From: Podarcis tiliguerta | Taxonomy: Eukaryota | Direction: 5' to 3' (one strand) | Length of the DNA stretch: 64,000 bases | Assembly (NCBI GenBank): GCA_965153285.1 | Contig: OZ229121.1 | Shown here: piece after piece, positions 37,502-50,982 of the stretch | Layout of the letters: every line of letters starts with the position of its first letter | Position numbering within the stretch: the first letter of the stretch is position 1 | Program-made: the position numbers and the translations under genes | The notes under the pieces: model-generated | What the model was told of the DNA's origin: nothing | The model's input: the letters and a program-made list of their open reading frames with translations, nothing else | Databases searched by the model: none

Positions 37502-40500
37502 TGAGTTACATTGAAGGGAACAGTGTGCAATTGATTCACTGTGCCTGCATACAACACAGCACCCTCCCTTTTTAAAAATGTGCAAGGTTGCTATGTGTGC
37601 CCTTTGTTATGTGGCTTACCTGTCCTGTTTAGCTATCTACCCAGCCTTAGCCAAAACCTTAGCAGAGTTGTAAACAAACTGTTCTGAGACACTCAATTTT
37701 TAAGTAGCATTAGCCTACAAAATTACAACCGTGCAGGAAGAAGGATTTTTTTTCCATTTTTGTGTTAAGTGATCTATTCTGTGCACTTGGGTCTATTCAA
37801 TGATTCTCCCACGCAGTGCTTCTTTCTGTGATGCACTCTGCTTAGATAAACACGTGTGACAGAACAGGAATTTAAACTATTAACTTTCACACAAACTTAC
37901 TGGTTTGCTGTACCAATGACAGCCTAGACTCTGCATCAGATTGCTTTACATTTAACTTGTGACATGTCACAGCTGGTACACATATTTGTCACTCCTGTTT
38001 CCAACATATACGAAAAAAAATAATAACAGTGCACTTGTCAAACTGAGGTGGAAGAATATCAGCCTATAACTGTTACATTCTTCCTCTTAGAAAGGTCTGT
38101 TCGTTGTTGAAAGCAGTATCTAATCCCCAGTACAGGGAAGCAGGGACTAACCTGGGGGCTCCATAGGCCTCAAGTCAGCTCCTTGGTACCCTTGGACAGC
38201 TGCCAGGACTCCAGTGCCCTGGCAGGCCCTACCAATGTTTTCCCTGGGGCACTTGTGCTGGGCAGCTTGGTTGACAAGCCACCATTTTGAATTCCCAACA
38301 ATACCCAGAGGTACCATGAGAAATTTAAAATGGAAGCTCACAGCAAACCACCAGTGCTGCAAGCCCACATCCGGGGGCCCACCATAGGGCATGCCATAGG
38401 TCACTTCAAACATGAAGCCGGCTCTAGGTATCTATTGCTAGATTCAATTTAAATATTCAGAGCATGCATTATTTATTTTTATCTTAGAAGGTAAATCATG
38501 TAAACCTTTAAAACCATTTTCTATACCTTACTATATTTCAGAAATAGACAATAGGCTAGGAATATGTATGCCACTTCTGAAACATTTTTTAAAGCACATG
38601 AAAACACATATGGAATGGCACGAATCATTTTCAAGTTAGCTTCATTGAAAAGCAAATGGAGGAACTATTAAGAAACACAGGAGTGCTGCACTTTTCCTAC
38701 TGTGCAAAAATTTGGTAAATCCAAGTTCTCAAATGTCCAACTCAGATCTAACTGGAAATCAACCAAGAGCTCCCAAGTGGATACAATTCCAGCAATGCAG
38801 TTAACCAATTTAAAGAGCACCAAAGAACACTTGCAATGAGCAGCCGGGAGCACCCTGTAAGGAGCACTGAGAAAGGAGGTCTAAAGAGGACTTTGCAGCC
38901 ACCATCTGACTTGTCCCATGTCTGATGCAACATGACATCAGGTATATGACAGGTGGACATGGCTGGGGGGTGGTGGAAACAGCTTTTCCATGCCTGAAGG
39001 CATGAACTGCATAGGAGGTACAACAGCACACAAGCTGGCCTTGCCCCCATTGTCTCCATCACCAACAACTTCATCCTTGACCTTCCCATAAAGAGCAGGA
39101 AGGTCGAAGGGGACTTTTAGGTAAGTTTCACAGAATGCATTTAGAAGCCTCTCCGTAACCAGCGACCCAGCTCCTTAGGTTTTCTGAAGTGTTCAGCCAA
39201 ATGTGCTTAAAAGTCCACTTCCATGTCAACCCCCCCCCCGCCCCACACACAATTGCCCATGTTGAATGGGAAAGGCTGTAGCAGGCCTCTAAACTAAAGG
39301 ATCTTTGAATCTGAAACGGATAATGCCAGAAACAGCAGGGAAAGGAGATAGAAATGTGGGCAGAGGCAACTACAATTATTTCCTACCCTGCCCAAAATAA
39401 AACATTGCTCTAGAATAAACATTCCCCTACTGCTTTATTTGATTCAAAGCCTTTCCCCATTTTGCTGATAAACAGAGTGAGGGGAATATTCTGCCTCCAG
39501 GTAATCTTCTGATCCTGACACTTCTCTGCCAGAGATTTGGAATACATAGTTCTAACACTATCTGAAAGCTCTGGACCACCCGAGGCAACATTTTCAATAG
39601 CCTCAGTGTGTCCCTGAGAAAGAGAAGCAGATGCCCCATGCTTTCAGAAAACACACACAAACACAGTGACTTTGAAGCGTTTTCAACTACCACTAAAATA
39701 ACTTGAACAATGTTTTTAAACAGGCAAGCAAGATTCATTTCCTAAACATAAAGGGAAATATGAAGCATGTTATTTACAATTATATTTACACTTTATTTAT
39801 TTACACTTTGCACTGTGCCATGAAACAATTTCCACCAGACTGGAGATTTTCTAAATCCACACACTGGTTTTCCTCCCCTTGAGCACCATTATGTTGGCTT
39901 GCTGCTGGTAGTTCTACACAAAATTTGGCTGGCTTATCACAAGGTCAAGGCCCTGACCTCAGGAAATGTGAGCAGCACTTTGCTGCTTCCATCAAGTCCT
40001 TGCACAGGATAAGGTGTGAATAGTACTGTCAGAGGACAGCACTCAACACTTACTTCCTAATTGCCCCCTCATCCTTTTAGTTAGCGTGTCAAATATTTTT
40101 AGATTGCAAGGCTGCAGGTGAGTCCTTATTTATTTAAAGCATTTATACAGGTTAATCAATAATATTAGGGCAGGGGAGTAAGTAAAGACCTTAATAAAAT
40201 CTACAAGCCCGAAAGGCCCTGACTCTCTGCACTCAGTTTCAGCCAAATCCTGTTGCCTCTCTGGCTTTCTACGGACAGTTGCTATTGGGGTTGTCCCCAA
40301 AAGCAAGAGGGTCCGGGGCCTCTGTTGTCCACCTCTAATTCCAGCACTGTTTGGAGAGACAATGAATCCCATATCCTTTCAATCAGTTGGCCTGGTGGTC
40401 ACCTAAACTGACCACATGTTTGAGATTTTTAAAGTTCTGTCAGTGATTGTAAATATTTTAAAACTTGCAACAGGTGCATAACAGTCAAATTGTACAAAAT

Positions 40501-40987
40501 ACAGTAGTGGGAGGAGGTATTACTACTATCTTATGCCTTTTGTGTTTTTATGTTGTAAGTTGCCATGTGACCTTCAGACGAAGGGCGGTATACAAATTTA
40601 ATAAATAACAGCAGCAACAAAAAGTCTTAGGTCTGTTGCAACTCCTGAGAAGAAATGACTGAAGATTAACCTAAGTAGGACATGAATAGACTTGCAAGGC
40701 CAAGCAGATGTTGTGGTCTATAGCAACCTAGAGTTGTAAAACCAATCAACTTACTAGCTACCAGAGAGAGGCCTTAACACATAAAGAGCATCTCTCTGAT
40801 CTTCTTTGAATAGAAACCAACTGTCCAATATTTCTCTTTTGAAAGCTTTGCATTGTATGACCAAAAAACCCACTTAGATCTCAATTATCTAAATAATGAA
40901 AAACTATTTAACTCAGAAATAAGTTTACTTTGCAAATTATCATTATATCAAGTGATCTTGATTTTAAGTGATGTTCCTAATTTGAAC

Positions 40988-41050
40988 CTATATCTATATA
41001 TCTATAGCTATCTATTTTTCTATCTATCTATCTATCTACGGTATCTATCT
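40988..41050. repeat. Degenerate (CTAT)n repeat
   Basis: CTATATCTATATATCTATAGCTATCTATTTTTCTATCTATCTATCTATCTAC..TATCTATCT. Confidence 0.8.
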
Positions 41051-42227
41051 GCACACACGTTTTCACCATTGTCCTTTGGAAAGTACCCAATGATCACCAG
41101 ATTTCCTTGTTTTCCTAAATTCTTATGTATTGTTAATTTGCACCTGTGCATAATTGCTATTAGACAACATTTCAGCGATAATACAACAGGGGATCTCTGC
41201 CTAGCTGCTTCCCCCACTTAAGACCTACAGAGGAAGGGTGGGGATAAAACATAAAAAGTGAAAAGCAAAGGGTGCATTACATTGCTACTAACCATTTGAA
41301 CTCGGTATATGGACCTCATTTCACAATTAAACATCCAATCATTTGCTATACTCAAAGCTCTGTCCAATATATTTTGTCTCTGGGTCAAGCAACAAATGAT
41401 AGGCAGCAGTATTATTTATTGCCCCGACTTTAAAAAAAATGAAAACATATGAAGTGCAGAACAGTGGACCAGTGGAGCTGCTTAACCCTTTCCCTTTCTG
41501 CAATTTGTTATTTCAAATTTTGCTCTAGCAGCTTTTCTCCACCTGAGGATAATAATTTCCCCCTTCCCCCCAGGAGAGCTGCTGAGGGAGGCAAGTTTGA
41601 GTCAATAAGCTCTCCACCCCCACCACATCCTCCCCAATTTCAGTCTCCCACAACTGCATGCTGTTTAGCCCTAAAATACAAATAATGCTGTCAGATTAAG
41701 GAAAGGCAATTTATTAAGTTTGATTATTATGAAATATGAGATTATAAGAGTGCTTTACACTAACTGACATCTTGGTTGACTAACCCTCTTTTATGTCACA
41801 GGACAAATTAATTGTATTTGAGTCTGTAAATTGCAAACATCTTAAGACTGATTAACTTTGGAAGATGATGTCCCTCCCACTGAGTTCAATACAGCTGCAA
41901 CCATGTTGAGAGGAAAGTTGGTTAATCATTGGCTGAAGAACTTCAGCTCTCTTGAAAGAGCAAAGACCCTTAGGACACCTTAAAGACAAATAAATTTATT
42001 GTGGTAACAGAATCCACTTCTTCAAAAGCTTTAAGTGAGAGTAAAATGGACTCCAGTCCACGGAACCTTACGCCATATAAATGTTTTCATCTTTTAAGAT
42101 GCAACAAGACTTCTTCTTGTTTTCGCTACAAAATCCTTCAACGGTTGTCTCCTAAAACACTGGCCTAACCTTCTATTTTCTGTAAGAACAGGTTCAGCGC
42201 GCAACTTTGTCCCACCCCTCCTAACAT

Positions 42228-42420
42228 TAAGAACGTAAGAAGAGCCTGCTGGATCAGGCCAGGGCCCATTTAGTCCAGCATCCTGTTCTCACAGTGGCCA
42301 ACCAGATGCCTATGGGAAAGCTTCAGACAAGACCTGAGCACAAGAACAGTCTCCCCTCCTACAGTTTCCGGTATTCAGAAAGATTGCTGCCGCCAGCTGT
42401 GGAAAGCAGAGCAATAGCCA
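42228..42420 (-). mobile_element. CR1-type 3' end (TAAGAACA tail family)
   Basis: TAAGAACGTAAGAAGAGCCTGCTGGATCAGGCCAGGGCCCATTTAGTCCAGCATCCTGTTCTCACAGTGGCCAACCAGATGCC, the reverse complement of the 3' end at 57450-57533. Confidence 0.8.
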
Positions 42421-43388
42421 CTGCAGTACTAATCTCCTCAGTACCAATTTGGTAGAACAGTGCTAACAACAGGACTAAATTCTCTGCTCTTCTATCTGTT
42501 TCAAAAAACAAAACCCACACAATAAGGATCTGCAGAGCATTTGATTGAAATACGTAAGGCTGCTCTGATGTCGTTTACTCTCCATGTAGATTTACGCTTG
42601 TGCATTATCATACCCTGATTTGAAAACCTGAGAGCTACTTAGAAGCAAAGAGAAATTCTTTAAAAGGTAAAGTGATCATGTGCCTAGTTTAGAACTCTGA
42701 GAGGAGTATTTTAGAACCCTGGATATGGCATGCCCCACTAATGTAATGCAGTAAATCTACATTGTGTTTTTTCAATACACAATATATGGCATGTGATATA
42801 GATTTGATGGAAGAGATAGTAAAAGTACAAATTGAAAGAAAAAACGGGTGTTATAACTGGAAACTGTGGCAGGGAGATAATCACCTTTTTTAAAAAAAAG
42901 CCATAGTACACAAAACCTATATACAAGAGTTACAACATAACTGTAAAGATAAGTGTAAAGATCTTCAGTGTCACTCACTGCAGTTTTTCTGGTGTAAAAA
43001 AACCACAAAACCCTCCTGCAGGGCTTTAAAAATAGCCCTTACGCTTCCAGAATGCTAAAAACACAACACTAAAGTACAGAAATCATGTATTGGAGTAAAG
43101 ACTTTCAAGCATGACACTGTTTTCTGCTCCACATGCCTTCTAGAAAGACGACACAGGGACCCAGACTCAACAATAAGCAACTGTGCGGTGTACACAGAGC
43201 TGAGACATTGCTATTAGGCTAAAAGTAATTTGGGGGGTGCCTCTCTCCCGGAAACTGATGTGGGGCACTGGATCTACTGCCTAGTAGTGGTAGGATGTAT
43301 ACTCATTAGCTCTACCTAAGCTCTCTTGTACTATTACTACTAGTAATAATATAGTTTCAATTTACTTGTGACCTAAAACAACTTACAA

Positions 43389-43750
43389 GGGTGGCTCTGT
43401 GGTCTAAACCATTGAGCCTAGGGCTTGCCGACCAGAACGTCAGCGGTTCGAATCCCCGCCACGGGGTGAGCTCCCGTTGCTCGGTCCCATCTCCTGCCAA
43501 CCTAGCAGTTTGAAAGCACATCAAAGTGCAAGTAGATAAATAGGCATCGATCCGGCGGGAAGGTAAACGGCATTTCTGTGCGCTGCTCTGGTTCGCCAGA
43601 AGCGACTTAGTCATGCTGGCCACATGACCCGGAAAAACTGTCTGCGGACAAATCCCAGCTCCCTCGGCCTATAGAGCGAGATGAGCGCCGCAACTCCGGA
43701 TTCATCCACCACTGGACCTAACGATCAGGGGTACCTTTACCTTTTTACCT
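43389..43750 (+). mobile_element. Sauria SINE, near full length
   Basis: GGGTGGCTCTGTGG head, B box GGTTCGAATCC, core AAGTAGATAAATAGG, (ACCTTT)2 tail. Confidence 0.92.
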
Positions 43751-44446
43751 AGCAGTAATTAGAACTCATGGGTCCCCAGTAAAGCAAAGAGCTGTACTGT
43801 ATTGGGGGGGGGGGGAGGAAGGGGCCATGATAGCAGAGCTGGAAATTAGTTTTGGGTGCCACATTTGGTATGGCATTGATAGAGTCTACACTGGCATTCT
43901 GGTTACTATATGAACAGACTCTTGGTGCTAGATGACAAAATGCAAGAACCCGTATGACCACGTAATGAGATAGTTAAGTACAGTGAAGAACCTCTAGGTT
44001 TACGTACCTCACTTGGAAGTATTCACATGGTAAGTGGCAGTCTAATGAGGCACTTAGTAACAGGAGGTTGCAGAAGAACAATCTACTCCTGAACCTACTG
44101 TTTTAAGAATAGGCACAATAGGTCTATTTTCTACCTCAGCATGTTTCAAGCTTATAAGCCTTTGAAGAGCATCTTCTCTCCCCCTCAGTTTACATCCCTA
44201 ATCGTCCATCTTAATCCTTTTAAGCACAGAGCTAGTAAAAAAAATATTTCAACTTCTTCATATAATCTCAAGCAAATCATGAATTGCTATTAGACACTTT
44301 TAGAAATTTAAATTGGCTCTGCCTTCAGCTATTCTTTAAGTTGTGTGCAATTAACTGCATTAATGTTCTCTATCATTATAGGAGTTTATTGGGGGTGGGG
44401 AATGAAAATGCTGGCGGCGGGGGGGGGGGGGGGATATTGAAAGAAT

Positions 44447-44718
44447 AAGGTAAAGGTAAAGGGACCCCTGACCATTAGGTCTAGTCGTGGCTGACTCTGG
44501 GGTTGTGGCGCTCATCTCGCTTTACTGGCCGAGGGAGCCGGCGTACAGCTTCCAGGTCATGTGGCCAGCATGACTAAGCTGCTTCTGGCGAACCAGAGCA
44601 GCACACGGAAACGCCGTTTACCTTCCTGCCGGAGCGGTACCTATTTATCTACTTGCACTTCTGACGTGCTTTCGAACTGCTAGGTTGGCAGGAGCAGGGA
44701 CCGAGCAACAGGAGCTCA
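44447..44718 (-). mobile_element. Sauria SINE, 5'-truncated
   Basis: AAGGTAAAGGTAAAGGGACCCCTGACC tail through GGAGCTCA; tRNA head absent. Confidence 0.92.
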
Positions 44719-47673
44719 GTAGTAGCACAGGATAAAGATATGTGCCTGTCCACATTTTTTCCAACAGTAAGGAAAAGGTTAATGTAGACGCGGACAAAAA
44801 AACATATCACATGTCAAATCATACTTTAAAAACATACGCTTTTTTTTCTTTTTTATGCCACCACTCCAATCCACACCTACACACCCACAATATTAGCTGT
44901 AGAGGAGGCAATACTATATACAAGTTATTATGCTTCTATGATCTCCCCTCTACAGCCAATAGCACCTCTAGTGAAGGCAATTTTGATCGAGGTTGCAATG
45001 GGAAGAGGGTTAGAACCTCACAACTACAGACCTCCTCAAACCCAAACCAAATCCTGCAATTAGCAAAACTTGGGATGAGGAGGAGACATTGGGAGATATA
45101 TTCACACATTTCCCATTATATTGAATTTGGTCTTCACTTGCTCTGGTGGATTTTATGCAGTTTATTCAGCTACACACACCTGGCCATCCAAGTGTTATTG
45201 AACTCCATCACATGTGTGTAGTTAAATAAACTGCATAAAATCCAGGAACGAGGAACCTGATGGTCAGGGATGATTGTTGTAGTCCATCAACAACACAGAT
45301 ACTTGTGCTGTTGGCCTATTGTTAACTTCTTGTGATATATTTATACTAAATTAAAAGGGGGGATATACTGTATAAAAATATGATGTGATCTTATGTTACG
45401 TTAAATATACACTGAAATGCTTTTTGTTGTTGTTCTCTTTAAAAATAGGAATTTGTTTAAAACAACAATAAGAAAAAGCAACTTGGCACAGCTGACATTC
45501 CAGGAACTCTTATCAAGGTGGCTTGGTCTGTTTTATTTCACAGTGAAACATACATATGTGGAAACCACAGTTTTTATGTTCTTTGTAAAAGACCATCAAG
45601 AGAACACTGACTGTGTGTGGAGTGGGGCAGTAGGAATCTGAGGGCTGCATTCTCATGTGGAGAACCTTCTGGGGCCCATATACTAGTGGTAAGTGGGGTC
45701 AGAGGCAAAAGTTGGTGCAGCAACAGATGTGACTCTTGCCTTAGAACAGTAGCCCACAGCCCATTCACATAAAAGCTGGGGGGTTATGCACACACACACA
45801 CACACACTACAGTACCTCCAGCATCCAGCATCCATATTGTACTGATGGGGCAGCCTTTTTTTTTTTTAGTATGTGCAATGACAGATATTCAGGTTGAGCA
45901 GAGGTGGAGACATAGCTTAAACAGGTCAAGGGACTGGCAAGGTCCCACATCACATCTACAGAGCAAAAGTCAGCATTCTGAGAGCCTTACAGATCCCAAA
46001 TTCAGAGTCAGCAGTGCCCGAATAAGGCTTCCAGAGATGGAGAGCAAAAACTTAAGTGTCACGCATAGTTTCTTACCTTTTCTCCATGGCTGGTAAAAAC
46101 TAGATTAAATTATACAAAACAGTCAGACAAATTAAGAGATACTGTGCAAATCTGCATAATTTGATACAGCACTTGCAATTCTGTTTTTCTTGGGGATTGC
46201 CCAAGAGCTAAGATTTGCATTTATTTATTTGTTTTAATCAAAGTACACACTGGCCATTCCAAAATGAGCCGGGAAATTGTACTCCCAGGGCCAGGCTAAT
46301 CACAGGATGTGCTGCAGGTACTAGGAAAGCCAGGAAAAAAATAACAACCAGCATTGTTATTCATCTTTTTCCTTCACGTGGTTCCTCCCTTTCTTCTTGT
46401 ATCTTCTTTTATATTGTTAAAACAATAACAAAACAAAACATGACAGTTGGGCTAGAGAGGAGTCGCAAGTTATTTGGTCCCCTTCCCCAGTACAACTCTT
46501 GCCCCTTTGTATCGCCACAGCACTGCACACTAGTAGAGGAAGCTGCAAGACCAAAATAGTTAAGGCCACAACTCTCTCTCAAGTAAAAGCAGCTTAGCAC
46601 AGAATTTTCCACTGGTGACTGCTGCATTAGCTGCAGGAGTTTAAAAAAACGACGGAACAAAAGTTTAAAAGGACAATAGACTGACTCATTTCCCATCAAA
46701 GGCAAAGGAGGGTGGGGGGGGGTTCTTTCCCTCCTGGTTCTAGCAAACTGCAGTTAGAGACTCATTGTGTACTGTATATCGGTGCAAAATTTACCATTAC
46801 ATGGATTAAAGAAATGCACACTCACAACATGTATGTATTTTTGCAGTCAAGGTGAAAATCAAGCAATGCTAGCTTCTCCACACTCAAATGCTTGATGGTC
46901 AAGTGTTTTGTTTCTATCTTATCCCAAAAGTGTTGGTCATTCCTGAAGTGTTGTACTTCATATATGCCTTTTGTGGATTTTATGTGATAATCGCTACCAA
47001 CACATTCAATCTGTGGCTCTCACTTCTGGCTGTGACAGATGCACACAATTTAACATAGGAATGATAATTTCTCATCTGCTGATCAAGTTATTTTCAATAA
47101 TATGCAAATTGGTATTGTTGAATAAAACAGCAATTGTTTGAGAGGCTTTGTTTGTCTAGCTTAATTTCTTTCCAGCGACTCCCTTCATCAACTCTGTCAC
47201 CTGACTCTTTAGATTACAGTTTGTCAATTGTTCCTCAATTACTTAGTGGATAAATGATTACTGCAGCTGGATAAATGATTTCTGCAGCTGTAACTGATAT
47301 TACTAGATACGGTTTTCCGTACTTAGGAATTGTGGTTTTCCTAACTGAAGTAATGGTTATACCAATAAAACGTGTGTCAGGAAAAGATGGACTAAGTTAT
47401 AGCAGACCTGGTTATAAATTCATCCGTGCAGGATTCACCAGTTTAAACCTACAAGAATCCCACACGGGTTGCCAGACTGCTTTGGATCTTATTTCTTTGT
47501 TAGCTTTTCTAATTTACAAAAGCTGAGAAACAGACCATGAATACTAGGAGCTGAGTAAGAGACCCTCTCGAGGACCATTTCTTCTCTATGTTTATTTATT
47601 ACATGCATATCCCACACCTTTTCTCCAAGAGGATCAAAGCGACATACTCTGTCTCATAGCCCACATTTTAATA

Positions 47674-47885
47674 CATAGGAACATGGGCTAATCCTACTGG
47701 ACCAGGACAATGGCCCATCTAGTCCGGCATCCCTTTCTCGTAGTGGCTGCCCGGATGCCTATGGGAAGCCTGCAACCAGGACATGAGCACTCTGCCCACC
47801 AGTGATTCCCAGCAATTGGTATTCAGAGATATAATGTTTCTCATAGTAGAGGCAGAACATAGTCATCATGACCAGCAGCCATTAC
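47674..47885 (-). mobile_element. CR1-type 3' end, same family as 42228-42420
   Basis: CATAGGAACAT..GGCCCATCTAGTCCGGCATCC..GATGCCTATGGGAAGCC..GGTATTCAGA..GCAGAACATAG. Confidence 0.75.
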
Positions 47886-49610
47886 AACAATCTCGTTATC
47901 TCTCAGCCCAGTCTGGCATGCAGAACAGTCTCTAACATCTGGGGGGGGGGGGGACAACCTGGCATATAGGTTACCTCTTACTCTATAATTTTCAACTTTG
48001 CTTGAGAACTTCTGGTTTCCAGGCCAATTTACATATGCATGGCAATCTGACATTGTCACTGGCATCCCCTCCCTCTATTCCGTGGTCACAGCATCAACCA
48101 GATACTACTACCACAACTGCCCCCAACTTTTAAATATTTCAGTGGTGTAGCCATCAATGTTTGTTGTGGGAGCAAATGAAAAACTGTTACAGCACTTACA
48201 CAGCATTTCTTAAAATGTCAAGAATATTGGGGAAAACTGATTTTAAAATTAAAATCTAAACAAGTGAACCTATTTACACATTTTGTTCTGTACAAACCTA
48301 AAATTTCATTCGCAGATTCTGCACAGCTTTAACAAAAGCCAGCTATGCCATCTCAAATGGGTTGCAAAGTAACTTTCACTATATGCCAAGCATTTGAGCA
48401 AGCCTTGGTAACTGAATTCATCAAGTGGGAAAAGTCTTAATTGTGACATCACACCATTTCTCTGAACCCCAGCACAACCGTGGGAGGAAAGTGCCACTTT
48501 TCCTCTCCAGCTCCAGTACAGGAAGGGAGGGAGGGACGGAGGGCAGGGGCTCACCCCTGTTGTGATGAGCTTCAGAGACTCTTGTAAAGCAGTGGGATGC
48601 CTTGCCTTCTCAGCCTCAGTACCAGGTTTTTTTAAACACACACATATGCCAGTGACAACACTCATGAGTGCCTTTGTCAACTGTTGCTAAACGGTAGCAG
48701 TCAGTCAATTTCATTAAAAAAAAGTAGTTCATGATCAGAGATACCTATATAATTTCCAATCTAGCACAAAGACTGACACTACCTCAATTTCAAATTAGGT
48801 TTTTCTCTGCTTAATGCTTTCATTTTTTTTAAAAGTAATATTTACTGGTTTTCAATGATTCAACTAATATAACATAAATGCCATTCTTACATCACAGACA
48901 GTTGCTATTCCTGTATGATTATTCAGGTAGAAGGCACATATCTAAACACGCGTGATGTGTGAAACAGGATCGATTACCTGGGTTTAAAACATTGCCCGTG
49001 GAATTGTCAAGCTACTAGATAGAACCCAATGAGAGATTTCTCCCATAAGAAAATACAACACAATCACATTTATATATCAAGGTCCTCTAATGCAATGTTT
49101 ACCCCGAGCTTCAACTTGCAAGGAAAGACACTGCCAAAGGAAGGAAGGAGTTGCTTCCTAAAAATCAGGAAAGTGGGTGGGGTTTTCTCAGTAACAGGGC
49201 TCTCAGAAACATGACTTTCAAAAAAAAATTACTGTATTCCAGGACATAATGAATACCATTCCAGCACTTTGTTCGGAGGTGCTGGGCAACTACCCCTTGA
49301 GGAGACTAAATTTATGAAATACATAAAATTCTTAAAATTAAGAAATGAGACAGCTGGGGGTGGGGGCAGGGGAGCCTACTAAAACAACGTCCAGTTCCCT
49401 AATCAGCATGCTTGACAAATGGGTGCAAAGGGAGGGTAAGATCAACCTGGGGGAGAGAAACAAAACTGTAGCACCCAGAGAGAATGGCTTCCAAAGATAC
49501 CCACTGAGTTCATAGCAGAGACAAAAGTCTGATTGGGAGGTCTTCTTAGTTCACAGTTCAGTCTCTGATCCACTTCACTAGCTCAGTTTGTGGTTATCCA
49601 AAGGATGGCG

Positions 49611-49612
49611 GA

Positions 49613-49652
<40 letters not shown>

Positions 49653-49654
49653 AA
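49611..49654. repeat. (GAAA)11 microsatellite
   Basis: Read directly. Confidence 0.95.
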
Positions 49655-50982
49655 CTGTTTCGAGGGGAACTGACTCTTCCTGCCCCATACCAACACCACT
49701 AGGCTAGACTAACTCAGTTTGCAATTATCCAAATGGTGGAATATAGAAAGCAGAAGGGACCAAGTACCTTACTGCTGCAGTGCCTCTGATTAGCTGATAC
49801 TGCTTTAGAGTTAGTTAATCTGGGATATTTCAGCAAAAAAGCTGGCCCATTTGGCTTCACACTGCTGCCTGGGGTCAGCTGCTATGTAACTCTGACTATG
49901 TTCATAATGTTAGCTATTCCCAGGAAAGGCACAAGCCCCTGATTACAATCAACTGGGCCTTAAACTTGCCCAATGAATGTGAATCAGATGTTGGAATCTT
50001 TGTGGCCTGATACAACCATCTCAACAGCCCTCTTATAGAAGGCATTTCTGAAACCGATTGTAAGCCTCCATAATGAAATGCCAGTAACAATTTGTACCTA
50101 AGCTAGGCTTAGGAAATATGGTGTTGCAAGTCTCAGTTATCCTACGCTGCAGGATGGAAGTGCCATGGGGGGGGGGGGAATGTGATTTAAGACACGTTAA
50201 CAGACAAAACGGTGATGATTAATGTTGAAAAATACTTCCTCAGCCCTTGTATACAGTGCCTATCATCTCAATGGGTACCTGAGATATGATGTTATAAAGA
50301 GCTCCTCCTCCCCACCCCATAGCCGTTCTCTAAAACTTAGGACTTTATAGGCAATTCATCTAATCCCCTATCACATGTTCTCACCATCAATCCTGCAGTC
50401 AAGGATTACACACAAACACACTTGTTGGAAGGGGCTGCCATTATACAATGTTTGCAGAAGCACTATATGGAAATAAGAAACTAGAATCCCAAAGACCAAA
50501 TATGAGGCTGCCCATCCCAGAGGTATGAAGAGTGTACAGAAGGAGAATCACTGCTAAGTGACAAAAGAGATCTAGCTACCCACTTCCCACCACAGGAGGC
50601 AAAACCCTACTGCGGGGAAAACAAGAAGTTATCACAGACACAGGCTGATTAGCACCATTTCAAACCTACTCTAGCCACATAAAACTCTTCTGAGTGAAAG
50701 TATGCCTAAATATTGTGACAATAAATAAGTCTGATACACAGGTTAGCCACAACTATACAAGGGGCAAACAAGAGTTATTAGAGCTTGGAATGATTCTTAA
50801 CGATTTGAATCAATCCTTATTTTCCAGTCAGGACCAAATATGAATCCTAAGGCCACGAAACAAATTCAATACCGGAAGCAACTAGAAAAAAATTCGCCAG
50901 AGACAGTGTCAAGAGTTAAAACAAAAGAACAAAAACAACCACTCAAAAACAATGTAAAGAATAACAGACCAGTGAAACTTAC

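Larger units (their letters stand above)
1..50982 (-). other. PPP1R9A: PPP1R9A intron following the first coding exon (>50 kb, continues beyond the window)
   Basis: Begins with GTAAGT at 50982. I did not find the expected next exon (VFNTYSNEDYDRRN...) in the ORF track or by eye. Repeat-rich non-coding DNA. A very long intron here agrees with the known mammalian gene structure. Confidence 0.85.

Noticed and set aside
38140-39120. Moderately GC-rich segments that might be an LTR or DNA transposon
   Set aside because: I could not identify terminal repeats, TSDs or coding remnants.
21920-45221. Longer intronic ORFs such as 21920-22435 (171 aa) and 44742-45221 (159 aa)
   Set aside because: No recognisable homology, low-complexity content and no coherent splice structure.
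3209-50178. Numerous poly-G/poly-C runs of 10-15 nt
   Set aside because: Scattered homopolymers with no shared flanks; their lengths may also be affected by sequencing error.
50866-50982. Hydrophobic 38-aa C-terminal extension of the 519-aa ORF (VSFTGLLFFTLFLSGCF...) as a membrane-anchored truncated neurabin isoform
   Set aside because: It starts exactly at a consensus GTAAGT donor and reflects T-rich intron sequence. I saw no minus-strand AATAAA/ATTAAA shortly downstream to support intronic polyadenylation.
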